64,000 bases of DNA, from NCBI GenBank assembly GCA_001464715.1, contig LNDT01000029.1, positions 1,313-65,312 of the forward strand. The letters run 5' to 3'. A program made the position numbers and the translations under genes. Origin of the DNA: Bdellovibrionales bacterium Ga0074137. GTDB taxonomy: Bacteria > Bdellovibrionota > Bdellovibrionia > Bdellovibrionales > JAMPXM01. Under the pieces are notes generated by a model. It was not told the DNA's origin, searched no databases, and was given only the letters and a program-made list of their open reading frames with translations. Shown here piece by piece: positions 29,766 to 38,611 of the stretch; within the stretch, counting starts at the first letter, position 1, and every line of letters starts with the position of its first letter.

Positions 29766-30776
29766 ATGTCAAAGTCAGGCAACACGAATCATTCTGAGAC
29801 ACTCGTTCAGTCGGCACTGTCGGAAGCGATCGGCTCCGCTCCGCCATCGGCTGGCAAATTTAAGATCCGCGTCAACTCGCTGATCCCCGATCGTCCGACG
29901 ACGTTTGACACTTTCATCATGATCAATGGCCGGATGGTTTTGTATTTAAGAGCCGGAGACAAACTTTCTGGAAATAAAATCGCTCACCTTCAACGTGCCG
30001 ACGTTTTTTATGTCCCTGATGAACAGCGCGCTTTTTTTAAGCGCTACATTTTCGACCGCATGAACGAAGCGGAGCTCGACGTAAAGACCAAGGCCAATGT
30101 CTTGCGCGAATCCAGCATGACGCTGGCTGAAGAAATTTTTGAAAAAGAAGACGTGAACGAAGCACTGGCGGATTCGAAAGAGCTCATCACGAATTTTGTC
30201 GAATTCATGGAGCAAGAACCAGCGGCGATGTCTCATCTTGTCGGCCTCTCGTCGCATGATTTCTACACTTACAACCACTCGCTGGATGTCGCGATTTATT
30301 CGTTGGGTTTAGGGCAAGTTGCGGGCTATTCGGGCGACGACCTTCAAGAATTGGGGCGCGGTGCTCTTTTCCACGACATCGGAAAACGGCATGTGAAAGC
30401 CGAGATCATCTGTAAACAAGGTCCTCTTGATGACGTCGAATGGGCGCAGATGCAAAAGCACCCTCAGTACGGTCTTAAAGTTCTCAACGAACACGGAGCT
30501 AGCGAAGCCATGAAGGCGTGCTGCTTTGAGCATCACGAAAGTTTCCTTGGGAATGGCTACCCCCAGCAGCTGCCGGGAAATGAAATTCATCCGATGGCTC
30601 GAATCGTCGCAATCACTGACACGTACGATGCTTTGACGACCAAGCGCTCTTACAACGAACCGATGTCGCCGATCGCGGCCGTTGAGTTTTTATCTTCAAA
30701 GCTTGCTGCCAAGTATGATCCGAATTTACTGCGGGCTCTCAATTCAATTCTCTTTAAAATCAAACCTGCGGTCTGA
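29766..30776 (+). CDS. HD-GYP domain protein (putative cyclic-dinucleotide phosphodiesterase)
   Basis: 'YTYNHS', 'HDIGK', 'HHESFLGNGYP', 'DTYDALTTKRSY'. Confidence 0.92.
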   Translation: MSKSGNTNHSETLVQSALSEAIGSAPPSAGKFKIRVNSLIPDRPTTFDTFIMINGRMVLYLRAGDKLSGNKIAHLQRADVFYVPDEQRAFFKRYIFDRMNEAELDVKTKANVLRESSMTLAEEIFEKEDVNEALADSKELITNFVEFMEQEPAAMSHLVGLSSHDFYTYNHSLDVAIYSLGLGQVAGYSGDDLQELGRGALFHDIGKRHVKAEIICKQGPLDDVEWAQMQKHPQYGLKVLNEHGASEAMKACCFEHHESFLGNGYPQQLPGNEIHPMARIVAITDTYDALTTKRSYNEPMSPIAAVEFLSSKLAAKYDPNLLRALNSILFKIKPAV

Positions 30777-30815
30777 AAGAAATCAAACCTCCGGTTTGAA
30801 AAAATCAAACCTGCC
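30757..30815. repeat. About 2.5 tandem copies of a 22-23-nt hairpin unit
   Basis: AAATCAAACCTGCGGTCTGAAAG / AAATCAAACCTCCGGTTTGAAA / AAATCAAACCTGCC. Confidence 0.8.
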
Positions 30816-30816
30816 A

Positions 30817-31827
30817 CTACTTCATCAGATCGTTGTAGCCGCCGGCGAAACAACCGGCTTGCGCGTAGCCAAAAGCACGCAGCGCCATTGTCGAGGCACA
30901 GCTCGCGATGCCGTCATTGTCGATCAGAATTACGCGATGTTTTGATTCAACACCGACCGAGAGAAGACGCTGGGCTGTTTCTTCCAGCGGACGGAAATCG
31001 AAGTTGAAAAATTCTTTCCACGGAACGTTGAGGGCTTCGATATTGGGAATCGCCTTTGATCGCAATCCACCTTTTTTCCCAAGGTACTCAGCCTCGGGAC
31101 GAACATCGATAATGCGGTAAATTCGAGCCGGTGCTCCATTGTAACTCCATGGCTTCGAGGTCGCCACGTTCTTCATTGCACCTAGGATTTCTTCTTTCGT
31201 CACGATGAGAGAACTCACCACTTCGGGTTTCCAAATTGGCTTCGCCTCGGTCGGTGCTTCCGGCGGCTGAAGTGAGCGCTTCGAATCGTCATCGGTGAAA
31301 GCCGACTTCGCATTGTCTGGTAAAGCTTCAGTCGTGATTCGTGCTTTCACGGAACCAAAGCGACCGAACCGAACGTCGGAGACTCCCATGTAAGCAAGCA
31401 TCCACGCCACTCTTCCCTCTTCGCCCTGCCCTTCATCTCCAAGTCCCAAAACAACGACTTTTGACTTTGGACCAATGCCAAGCCTTGCGAGCCTACGAGC
31501 AGCTGCGAAAATATCTTTTTGCGGCCAACCGCGCTGATTGGGCGCAGTCTCGGTGTAATCGGCCCAGTTGATTGAAACCGAGCGCGGAATTCGAGCCATC
31601 GAATAATCAAACGGCGGACGTGCATCCGCGATGACGACGTCGTCAGAAAGTTCAATAGGTCCCAGTAGTGCGCGACTTCCTTCAAACGATCGCGAGACGG
31701 TTTCACGAATCACCGTTGGCTTTGTCTGACACCCGGTCACGAAGACTAAAAAAGCAAAGAGGAGAAACATCGCGGACCGAGCGTCCGTTTCAAAGTTCGT
31801 TTTCGATTTCAGACTCTGACCTCGCAT
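30817..31827 (-). CDS. Tandem rhodanese-domain lipoprotein
   Basis: Lipobox VTG-C, 'IADARPPFDY..RIPRS', 'IIDVRPEAEYLG', 'FAGGY'; canonical active-loop Cys not evident. Confidence 0.8.
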   Translation of the reverse strand: MRGQSLKSKTNFETDARSAMFLLFAFLVFVTGCQTKPTVIRETVSRSFEGSRALLGPIELSDDVVIADARPPFDYSMARIPRSVSINWADYTETAPNQRGWPQKDIFAAARRLARLGIGPKSKVVVLGLGDEGQGEEGRVAWMLAYMGVSDVRFGRFGSVKARITTEALPDNAKSAFTDDDSKRSLQPPEAPTEAKPIWKPEVVSSLIVTKEEILGAMKNVATSKPWSYNGAPARIYRIIDVRPEAEYLGKKGGLRSKAIPNIEALNVPWKEFFNFDFRPLEETAQRLLSVGVESKHRVILIDNDGIASCASTMALRAFGYAQAGCFAGGYNDLMK

Positions 31828-31843
31828 CCGAACCTCCGCTCAG

Positions 31844-31912
31844 AGGTACCCGGTTCTTTTTGCAGAAGCAGCGCGTTTCACGCAGCGCTTCTGCAAAAAG
31901 AACCGGGTACCT
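31844..31912. repeat. 69-bp palindromic element, copy A (REP/REPIN-like)
   Basis: Perfect 26-bp inverted repeat AGGTACCCGGTTCTTTTTGCAGAAGC around a 17-nt centre; abuts the lysS stop. Confidence 0.9.
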
Positions 31913-33442
31913 TCAGGTTTTTTTCATCGTTGGGAAAAGCAGAATGTCGCGGATCGAGGGGCGATCCGTGAGCAGCATCACGATGCGCTCAAGACCAATT
32001 CCCACACCACCTGTTGGCGGCATCCCTGTGTCGATGGCGTGAAGAAAATCTTCATCCATCGGCTGAGCTTCTTCATCAACAAGTCGCTGCTTTTCTTGCT
32101 CTTGAAGCCTAGCCAACTGATCTTCAGGATCATTGAGCTCGGTATAAGAGTTTCCGATTTCCATATACGCGCAGACGGGTTCGAAGCGCTCAACATGGCC
32201 CGGTTTCGTGCGATGTTTTTTCGTGAGCGGGCTGATCTCAATCGGATGATCCATGACAAACGTCGGCTGCCACAAAGCGGGCTCGACGGCTCCATCAAAG
32301 ATTTCCATAGCGATCGCAGCTCGTGTACCGGGAGTTTTCATCTCAGACCCCAGCGACTTTGCTTTTTTGAATAGCTCATCGATGGATGCCGTGTCGGGAT
32401 CAATACCTGCGTACTCGCGGATTCCATCGTAGACCGACAGACGACGCCACGGAGGAGCGAAGTTGATCTCTTTTCCTTGGTACATCACGGTCGTTGAACC
32501 GGTGATGGTTTTCGCCAAGTGAGCGATCAGCTCTTCAAAACGTTTCATCTGATCATTGTAATCTGTGTAAGCCTCGTACCACTCAAGCATCGTGAACTCA
32601 GGATTGTGAGTACGGTCGATGCCTTCGTTTCGAAAGTTCTTTCCGATCTCATAAACTTTTTCGAAGCCACCCACGATGAGGCGTTTCAAATAAAGTTCAG
32701 GAGAGATTTTCAGGAAGAGCTTCATATCGAGCGCACGATGGTGTGTCGAAAACGGATAAGCCGCCGCCCCACCGTAGATCGGCTGAAGCACCGGCGTTTC
32801 GACTTCTAGGAATCCACGCGAATTGAGCCAATTTCTTGTCTCAGCGATGACCTTCGATCGTTTCACGAAAACTTCTCGCGAGTCGGAATCCGAAATCAAA
32901 TCAAGATGACGATAGCGGTACTTGATCTCGACGTCTTGAATGCCGTGATATTTTTCCGGAAGTGGCTCTAATGTTTTGCAAAGAATTTTGAATTTTTTCG
33001 CGTGAAGTGAGAGCTCACCTTTTTTAGTTTTAAAGATGAATCCTTCAAGACCGACGATGTCTCCAAGGTCGATAAGATCAAAAGCTTTGGCGTCCTCGGG
33101 CGAGAGCTCTTCGGTTTTGAGATAAACTTGAATCGATCCCGACTGATCTTGAACGTTAAAGAAAGCCGCTTTTCCCATGGGCCGCTTCGTCATCAGACGC
33201 CCGGCGATTTGATAGCGATCCGTCTCACGCTGATCACCAGCGACAAGAATCTCGCCGAACTTTTCGTGGATCGGCTGAATCGTCGATGAACGCTCAAAAT
33301 TATGTGGGTAAGGATCGATCCCCGCTGCACGAAGTTCGCCAAGCTTTCGGCGCTTCTCGGCCCGCAGTGGATTTTCGTCCACCGACGTCTTTGTCGAGGC
33401 AGGGGCCGGCGTGGCTAAGGGCGGAAAGTCGCGGTCGCTCAC
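31913..33442 (-). CDS. lysS: Lysine--tRNA ligase (class II)
   Basis: 'FLEVETPVL', 'PELYLKRLIVGG', 'FRNEGID.THNPEFTMLE', 'GMPPTGG.GIG'. Confidence 0.99.
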   Translation of the reverse strand: MSDRDFPPLATPAPASTKTSVDENPLRAEKRRKLGELRAAGIDPYPHNFERSSTIQPIHEKFGEILVAGDQRETDRYQIAGRLMTKRPMGKAAFFNVQDQSGSIQVYLKTEELSPEDAKAFDLIDLGDIVGLEGFIFKTKKGELSLHAKKFKILCKTLEPLPEKYHGIQDVEIKYRYRHLDLISDSDSREVFVKRSKVIAETRNWLNSRGFLEVETPVLQPIYGGAAAYPFSTHHRALDMKLFLKISPELYLKRLIVGGFEKVYEIGKNFRNEGIDRTHNPEFTMLEWYEAYTDYNDQMKRFEELIAHLAKTITGSTTVMYQGKEINFAPPWRRLSVYDGIREYAGIDPDTASIDELFKKAKSLGSEMKTPGTRAAIAMEIFDGAVEPALWQPTFVMDHPIEISPLTKKHRTKPGHVERFEPVCAYMEIGNSYTELNDPEDQLARLQEQEKQRLVDEEAQPMDEDFLHAIDTGMPPTGGVGIGLERIVMLLTDRPSIRDILLFPTMKKT

Positions 33443-34386
33443 AGTTTTTTCCCGGTCTGGCTGAATGTCGCCGTTCCGGCGAACGCATCCTGCACGGATT
33501 TAAGAAGTTCGATGGCTTCTTTCTTTGGACGTTGGAAAGCGTTTCGACCCATGATCGAACCGAAAGCTCCGCCTTGCGCGAGACCTTGAACCTCTTCAAG
33601 AAGTTCTTTGGTTCCCTTCGCTTCGCCGCCCGAGAAAATCACGATGCGACGACCGGCAAACGAGGAATCAACGACGTGCTTCACGCGTTCGGCCATTGTT
33701 CCCACGGGAATTCCTTGAGCTTCGTAAACTTTTTTAGCGGCATCTTGTTCGATGTGCGCCGTCGGCGGTTTTACTTTGATCACATGAGCACCCAACTGAG
33801 CCGCGATCTGCGCGCCGTACGCGATGACATCGATCGCAGTTTCTCCGGCCTTTGAAAGCTGCTCGCCGCGAGGGTACGACCAGACGACAACCGCAAGACC
33901 TGCTTTTTTCGCATCTTGAGTCGCCATCGAAAGTTCTTCGTACATTCCCTTGCGGTCCGCCGAGCCTGGATAAATTGTGAAACCAATCGCGCAGCAGCCG
34001 AGGCGAAGAGCATCGTCGATGCCTGAAGAGAGCGCCGAAATCGGAGCTTTGCTCGACCAGAGGCTATCGCTGTTGTTGATTTTCAATATCAGCGGAATTT
34101 CGCCTGCGTACTCACGAGCACCAGCTTCGATGAAACCGAGGGGTGCTGCGTAGGCGTTGCAACCGGATTCAATCGCGAGATTGAAGTGATAGTGCGGATC
34201 GTAACCTTCTGGGTTCTTCGCGAAACTTCGCGCGGGACCGTGTTCGAAACCTTGATCGACCGGAAGGATGACCATCTTTCCGGTTCCTGCGAGGCGACCG
34301 TGATTCAGCATGCGCGCCAAATTCGTGAGAGTTCCAGGGTTGTCAGAACCGTACCAGCTTAGAATTTCGCGAACTCGCGGTGTCAT
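33439..34386 (-). CDS. fbaB: Class I fructose-bisphosphate aldolase (DhnA/FbaB type)
   Basis: 'ILPVDQGFEHGP', 'VVWSYPRG', 'AHVIKVK', 'GSIMGRNAFQ'. Confidence 0.93.
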   Translation of the reverse strand: MTPRVREILSWYGSDNPGTLTNLARMLNHGRLAGTGKMVILPVDQGFEHGPARSFAKNPEGYDPHYHFNLAIESGCNAYAAPLGFIEAGAREYAGEIPLILKINNSDSLWSSKAPISALSSGIDDALRLGCCAIGFTIYPGSADRKGMYEELSMATQDAKKAGLAVVVWSYPRGEQLSKAGETAIDVIAYGAQIAAQLGAHVIKVKPPTAHIEQDAAKKVYEAQGIPVGTMAERVKHVVDSSFAGRRIVIFSGGEAKGTKELLEEVQGLAQGGAFGSIMGRNAFQRPKKEAIELLKSVQDAFAGTATFSQTGKKL

Positions 34387-34530
34387 CAGAGTCTCCTAGA
34401 TGTCGTTTGAGGGCTCAAACTAGCTAGGGCCCCCGGGGAAATCAAGGTATCGAAACCAAGAAATTGGGCGAGTCAAAAGTGAGTCTCTGTGCTATGAGTC
34501 AGGCAACTCGGCACGACAATCGGAGACACA

Positions 34531-35154
34531 ATGACCAGCACTTCAACGCCCAACGTCCGGTTTGAGACGACCCCGAATCCGCAGACGTTGCGCTTCACGG
34601 CAGACGAGATGCTCGCCAAAAGAAGCGAGAGGGTTTTCACTGATCGCCCGGTTGAATTTAAGTCCGCCATCGAAGCGCAGTTTTCTCCTCTGGCGAAACG
34701 ACTTTTCGGATTTCCGTGGGCCGCCGGCGTCTATATCGGTCGCGACTTCATTACGGTGACCAAACAAGACTGGGTCGACTGGGACATGATTGCGGAACCT
34801 TTGGCCGGCCTCATCGAAGAGCACTTAGAGTCTGGCGCTCCCGTTGTGGCTCCAAAAGCTGCGACATCTGGAGCCGATGGCTCAGGTGCGACGACAAATG
34901 ATCAATCGGCGAGCACTTCCAGCGATAGTCCGGCGGTTCAAGAGATCAAACGCGTTTTGAACGAAGAAATCCGACCGATGGTTGCTCAAGATGGCGGCGA
35001 TGTCGTGTTTTCGAAATACGAAGACGGTGTTGTTTATCTTCACATGCAGGGCTCTTGCGCCGGCTGCCCAAGCTCAACCATGACGTTGAAAATGGGCATT
35101 GAAACTCGTCTTCAAGACGCAGTTCCCGAAATCCGCGAAGTCGTCGCGATCTAG
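34531..35154 (+). CDS. Nfu1/NifU-family Fe-S carrier
   Basis: 'ETTPNPQTLRF', 'SPLAKRLF', 'IRPMVAQDGGD', 'GSCAGCPSS.MTLK.GIE'. Confidence 0.95.
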   Translation: MTSTSTPNVRFETTPNPQTLRFTADEMLAKRSERVFTDRPVEFKSAIEAQFSPLAKRLFGFPWAAGVYIGRDFITVTKQDWVDWDMIAEPLAGLIEEHLESGAPVVAPKAATSGADGSGATTNDQSASTSSDSPAVQEIKRVLNEEIRPMVAQDGGDVVFSKYEDGVVYLHMQGSCAGCPSSTMTLKMGIETRLQDAVPEIREVVAI

Positions 35155-35225
35155 TTGCGTCGCTCCGCCGGGGCCCAGCCCGGCTGCGCTGTCGCCGGCA
35201 CGTCTGCCGGCGAATTAGGAATTAC

Positions 35226-36047
35226 TTACTTGTCGAATGGGATTAGGTAGGTGCCGACTTGCACGACGCGGTCGGGATTTTTCTCTTCGACGAGCCAACC
35301 GATCAGCTCATCTTGAAAGCGGCGAATGCGGTCGCGGAGTTCCGGAATTTTTTCTGTCGCGATTGGAATGTGAAGAAGTCCCAGCTGCTGCTCTTTAGGG
35401 TTCAGGGTCGAAAGGCTCTCGGACCACATTCGAAGAGTCGCTGCGTGATGTTGCTCCATCAGTTCGCGGTCAAAAACTGTGTCCCCCGTATCGAGCACTT
35501 TGTCGGTTGAAAACCACGACCCGTCTTCACTTTGAGCGATCAGACCTTGGTTTTTTAGAAGCTGAAGGCTCGCTTCGGCCTCTTCTATAGAAATCCGCTG
35601 ATTCAGCTTTTTAACGACATACCGAGGCGAAAATTCGAATTCGGGAAGAAGCGCGAGCTCGCGCACCACCATGTGATACCACTCGGCCACGAACTTGATC
35701 TGACTCTCTTCGACGAACTCTGTTTTTAAATGACGTCGTGACCGAAGAACTTTTTTCTCGTGAATCTCTTGATCGCGATCACTCAACGAATTTTCCGCTT
35801 CGATCAGCGAAATAAAATAATCAGCTTCCGTCTTTGACAGCGACATCTGTTTTGCGAGCCTTAGGCCAATATCGATCGTGAGCGCGCGCTTACCATCCAA
35901 AATCAAAGCCAGATAGTTGGGGCTTTTCAATTCAAGAAGACTGCAAAGCCTTCGCATCGAAAACCCCGCCCGTTTTGACTTCTTGAACTCAATCCAATCC
36001 TTCAAGAAGTCCGTCGCTTTTGAATAATTCGAAATCGTTTCGATCAT
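35226..36047 (-). CDS. TIGR02147 / DUF4423 family protein (putative DNA-binding)
   Basis: 'FSMRRLCSLLELKSPNYL.LILDGKR.LT', 'EWYHMVVRELA', C-terminal 'VVQV...LIP'. Confidence 0.88.
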   Translation of the reverse strand: MIETISNYSKATDFLKDWIEFKKSKRAGFSMRRLCSLLELKSPNYLALILDGKRALTIDIGLRLAKQMSLSKTEADYFISLIEAENSLSDRDQEIHEKKVLRSRRHLKTEFVEESQIKFVAEWYHMVVRELALLPEFEFSPRYVVKKLNQRISIEEAEASLQLLKNQGLIAQSEDGSWFSTDKVLDTGDTVFDRELMEQHHAATLRMWSESLSTLNPKEQQLGLLHIPIATEKIPELRDRIRRFQDELIGWLVEEKNPDRVVQVGTYLIPFDK

Positions 36048-36054
36048 TTGTCAG

Positions 36055-36558
36055 TCACCATGCGCAGCTGCCCGGCGTAAGCTCCAAAGTTGATATGATT
36101 TCGTCGACACCGTTTTTTGCCGGTTGCGATAAGCCACCAAGTATTACCAGACCGCGTCCCGGACCCCACAACAAGACCGTCGCTGCGACCGAGCTCGAAA
36201 CATTTCTGTAGGAGTCGACACACGGATCAGAAGAGGCGATTCGTTTCCAACCAAGTTTCGAAAATTCAGCCTCAACACCCGTGCGATTTAATTTCGCAAT
36301 CTCAGGAAATTCGGACTCAACAGTTCGAAGCTCAATGAAGGACTCGGCTGAAAAAGTAGAGCTACCGAAAATCGTGTCGGACCAAAGACGCAAACCGTGA
36401 TCACGAAGCGGATTGGCTCGCGCGTATTCTCGAGGAGTCTCTGCCTCGAAACCAAGTTCGAAACTTTCAAGTTTTCCGCCACCGGATCGTGAAATCGCAC
36501 CAGCAAATTCGCCCACGATGAGAAGAGCGACAGCCATTAGGATTGATAGAGCCTTCAT
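36055..36558 (-). CDS. Secreted hypothetical protein
   Basis: Signal peptide ending FAGA, mature start ISRSGGG, one Cys pair. Confidence 0.7.
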   Translation of the reverse strand: MKALSILMAVALLIVGEFAGAISRSGGGKLESFELGFEAETPREYARANPLRDHGLRLWSDTIFGSSTFSAESFIELRTVESEFPEIAKLNRTGVEAEFSKLGWKRIASSDPCVDSYRNVSSSVAATVLLWGPGRGLVILGGLSQPAKNGVDEIISTLELTPGSCAW

Positions 36559-37176
36559 TTAGGGACCAAACTCGATCGTCGCCGAAAAGTATTCCGTCGC
36601 AGACGGGCCACAAGACCCCGTACCACAATCCCAAGTGAAGGACTCCTCGGCTCTCAAGACTACGGGCGCCGTCAAATCACGGCTGACCACCTGGGCACCG
36701 GCATGAGCTCGCCGAGTCGTGGAAACCGGATCAACACTGATCAAATTGAAAGAATTCGAGCGAACGTCCAGGACCGGGTCGCCCTTGAACGCAGACTCCG
36801 AACGAAGAACGATCACAGCGTTGCCCATCAGTTCGACCTTCTGCCCGTCGATCTCCGAATCGCACGTCAGCGCCGGTTTGACCGTGTACCCGAAACTCTT
36901 TAGGTTCCTCCCATCAAAAACATCAATCACGATGTCCTTTTGGCAAACGTCGGAATTTTGAAGAGAATAGCCACCGCCTGGCGTGCGCTGAACCACAGAT
37001 TTATAAATTCGAACGCGCCCGGTTGTCTGTCGAACGGGCTCAAGGTTCGGCATCGTCACAGATCCGACATTTTCTTCCTGAGGACCGTTCGTCCCTTCGG
37101 CATTTGACAGCGTGGGGCCGACAGCCACGGCGACCGTGACCAATAGAAATTTTGCCTGTTTCGAAAGTTTACCCAT
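36559..37176 (-). CDS. Secreted hypothetical protein
   Basis: AAGGAG RBS before MGKLSK; signal peptide; four Cys. Confidence 0.72.
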   Translation of the reverse strand: MGKLSKQAKFLLVTVAVAVGPTLSNAEGTNGPQEENVGSVTMPNLEPVRQTTGRVRIYKSVVQRTPGGGYSLQNSDVCQKDIVIDVFDGRNLKSFGYTVKPALTCDSEIDGQKVELMGNAVIVLRSESAFKGDPVLDVRSNSFNLISVDPVSTTRRAHAGAQVVSRDLTAPVVLRAEESFTWDCGTGSCGPSATEYFSATIEFGP

Positions 37177-37316
37177 CTGCAATTCTCCTTTTTCTGATCG
37201 CCGTTCGGAATGAACCGCTTGAAGCCATCCTGCCCTTGAAAGAATCATCGAAACAATCTTGCTCTCACAAACAGTCCCTCAAAGCGAAGACGTCTTTGTC
37301 TACACCGGCGCTTCGA

Positions 37317-37886
37317 TTACCGAACCCATTTCACTTTCATGGTCGCTTCGCGGATGGACAGACACTCTTTTGAGAATGCGGCTAGAACACTTTCGCTGAA
37401 TTCCCGCGCGGCCCAGCGAAGATCTTCCAGCGAAGCGGTCTTCACGGGCGTGCCTTCGTTGGAAACATTCACCGCAAAATGAATGAGGCCCGAGGATGGC
37501 GAAACAGTCGCAATGGAGATCGAAAGTTTTCCTTCACCGTCCGGAAGAACGACGAAGATGTCATCACCATCGCGGCGAACGGTGAATCGCGACGACTGTC
37601 TTGCAACGACGTCTTTGACGATCGCTGCGAGGAGCCGCTGAAGCGCCACCATTTCAGCCAAAGTTGCGTGATGTTTTTCGACGATGAAGTGAACCATGCG
37701 CGCACCGCGAATTTCCGACTTCGATAGAAGGTCTTCGCCGTCCACCATGTGCGCAAAGTCGATATCGCAAGGTCCGACCCACGATACGACCGAGTCGCCA
37801 AGAAGGCCATGGTCCAAGTACGCATAGAGCGAACGAAGCTGAGTTCCGTCGTACGCAAATTCCTTTTCAATAAACTTGGTCAGCAT
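37317..37886 (-). CDS. DUF366 family protein (biotin/lipoate ligase-like fold)
   Basis: 'YDGTQLRSLYAY..GLLGDS', 'MVDGED', 'MVHFIVE', 'RRDGDDI', 'KLSISIAT', 'KVKWV'. Confidence 0.88.
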   Translation of the reverse strand: MLTKFIEKEFAYDGTQLRSLYAYLDHGLLGDSVVSWVGPCDIDFAHMVDGEDLLSKSEIRGARMVHFIVEKHHATLAEMVALQRLLAAIVKDVVARQSSRFTVRRDGDDIFVVLPDGEGKLSISIATVSPSSGLIHFAVNVSNEGTPVKTASLEDLRWAAREFSESVLAAFSKECLSIREATMKVKWVR

Positions 37887-37899
37887 ATCTCTCCCGGGA

Positions 37900-37968
37900 G
37901 GGTACCCGGTTCTTTTTTGAGAAACGCTGCGCGAGACGCGCCGTTTCTCAAAAAAGAACCGGGTACCC
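37900..37968. repeat. 69-bp palindromic element, copy B (REP/REPIN-like)
   Basis: GGGTACCCGGTTCTTTTTTGAGAAACG inverted repeat (28-bp arms if extended to 37899-37969); overlaps the queC stop. Confidence 0.9.
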
Positions 37969-38606
37969 TAAAACGCGCGTTGGAAACGTTGGCAGGATTC
38001 GCACTGGCCGCAGGGCTTTTCTCCACCAAAGTAACATGGCCACATCAAATCAAACGGCGCACCCAATGTGCGACCGAGTTTCACAATTTCAGTTTTCGTC
38101 ATGGCAGTGGTGAAGCACTTCACTTCGACGTGGTTCGACGTTGAAAAGTGAAGCGCCTTTGTCATGGACTGCAAATAAGCTTCGGAATTATCCGAAAAAG
38201 TCTGAGCTTCTTCGAAGTTAAATCCTGGGATCAGCCAGTTCGCTTTGAGCGATTCGGCGAACGCAGCACCAATGTTGAGGAAAATTCCATTTCGGTTCGG
38301 AACCCAGACGGCTTTTGCAGTCTCGGCACTCACTTTAAGATTGTCGATGGAAACTGAAGTCGTGGGAACTTCCATCGAGGCGTCGACCAGCGACGTCTTT
38401 GTGAAATCACGAAACCAAGGAAGAGCCACCACGTGGTGACGAACGCCAGCGAGAGCTGCGATCTTCGTCGATCGTTCGATCTCGCGTGCGGCCGCCCGTT
38501 GACCATAGTCAAACGTCAGCGCGAGAAGCACTTCGCTCTCTTTTTTTCCTCGAAATAGATTCACCGTCGAATCGAGCCCCGACGAGAGCAAGACGACCGA
38601 CTTCAT
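37968..38606 (-). CDS. queC: 7-cyano-7-deazaguanine synthase
   Basis: 'SSGLDS', 'FDYGQR', 'VWVPNRNGIF', 'CY...KPCGQCESC'. Confidence 0.95.
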   Translation of the reverse strand: MKSVVLLSSGLDSTVNLFRGKKESEVLLALTFDYGQRAAAREIERSTKIAALAGVRHHVVALPWFRDFTKTSLVDASMEVPTTSVSIDNLKVSAETAKAVWVPNRNGIFLNIGAAFAESLKANWLIPGFNFEEAQTFSDNSEAYLQSMTKALHFSTSNHVEVKCFTTAMTKTEIVKLGRTLGAPFDLMWPCYFGGEKPCGQCESCQRFQRAF

Positions 38607-38611
38607 TGGGC

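Noticed and set aside
30757-30815. Possible mini-CRISPR array
   Set aside because: Units are directly adjacent with no unique spacers, and no cas genes are present in the window.
37968-38606. QueC as part of a Qat or Dpd defence system
   Set aside because: It is a short canonical QueC in a housekeeping context, without qatA/B/D or dpd genes; tgt is the canonical tRNA type.
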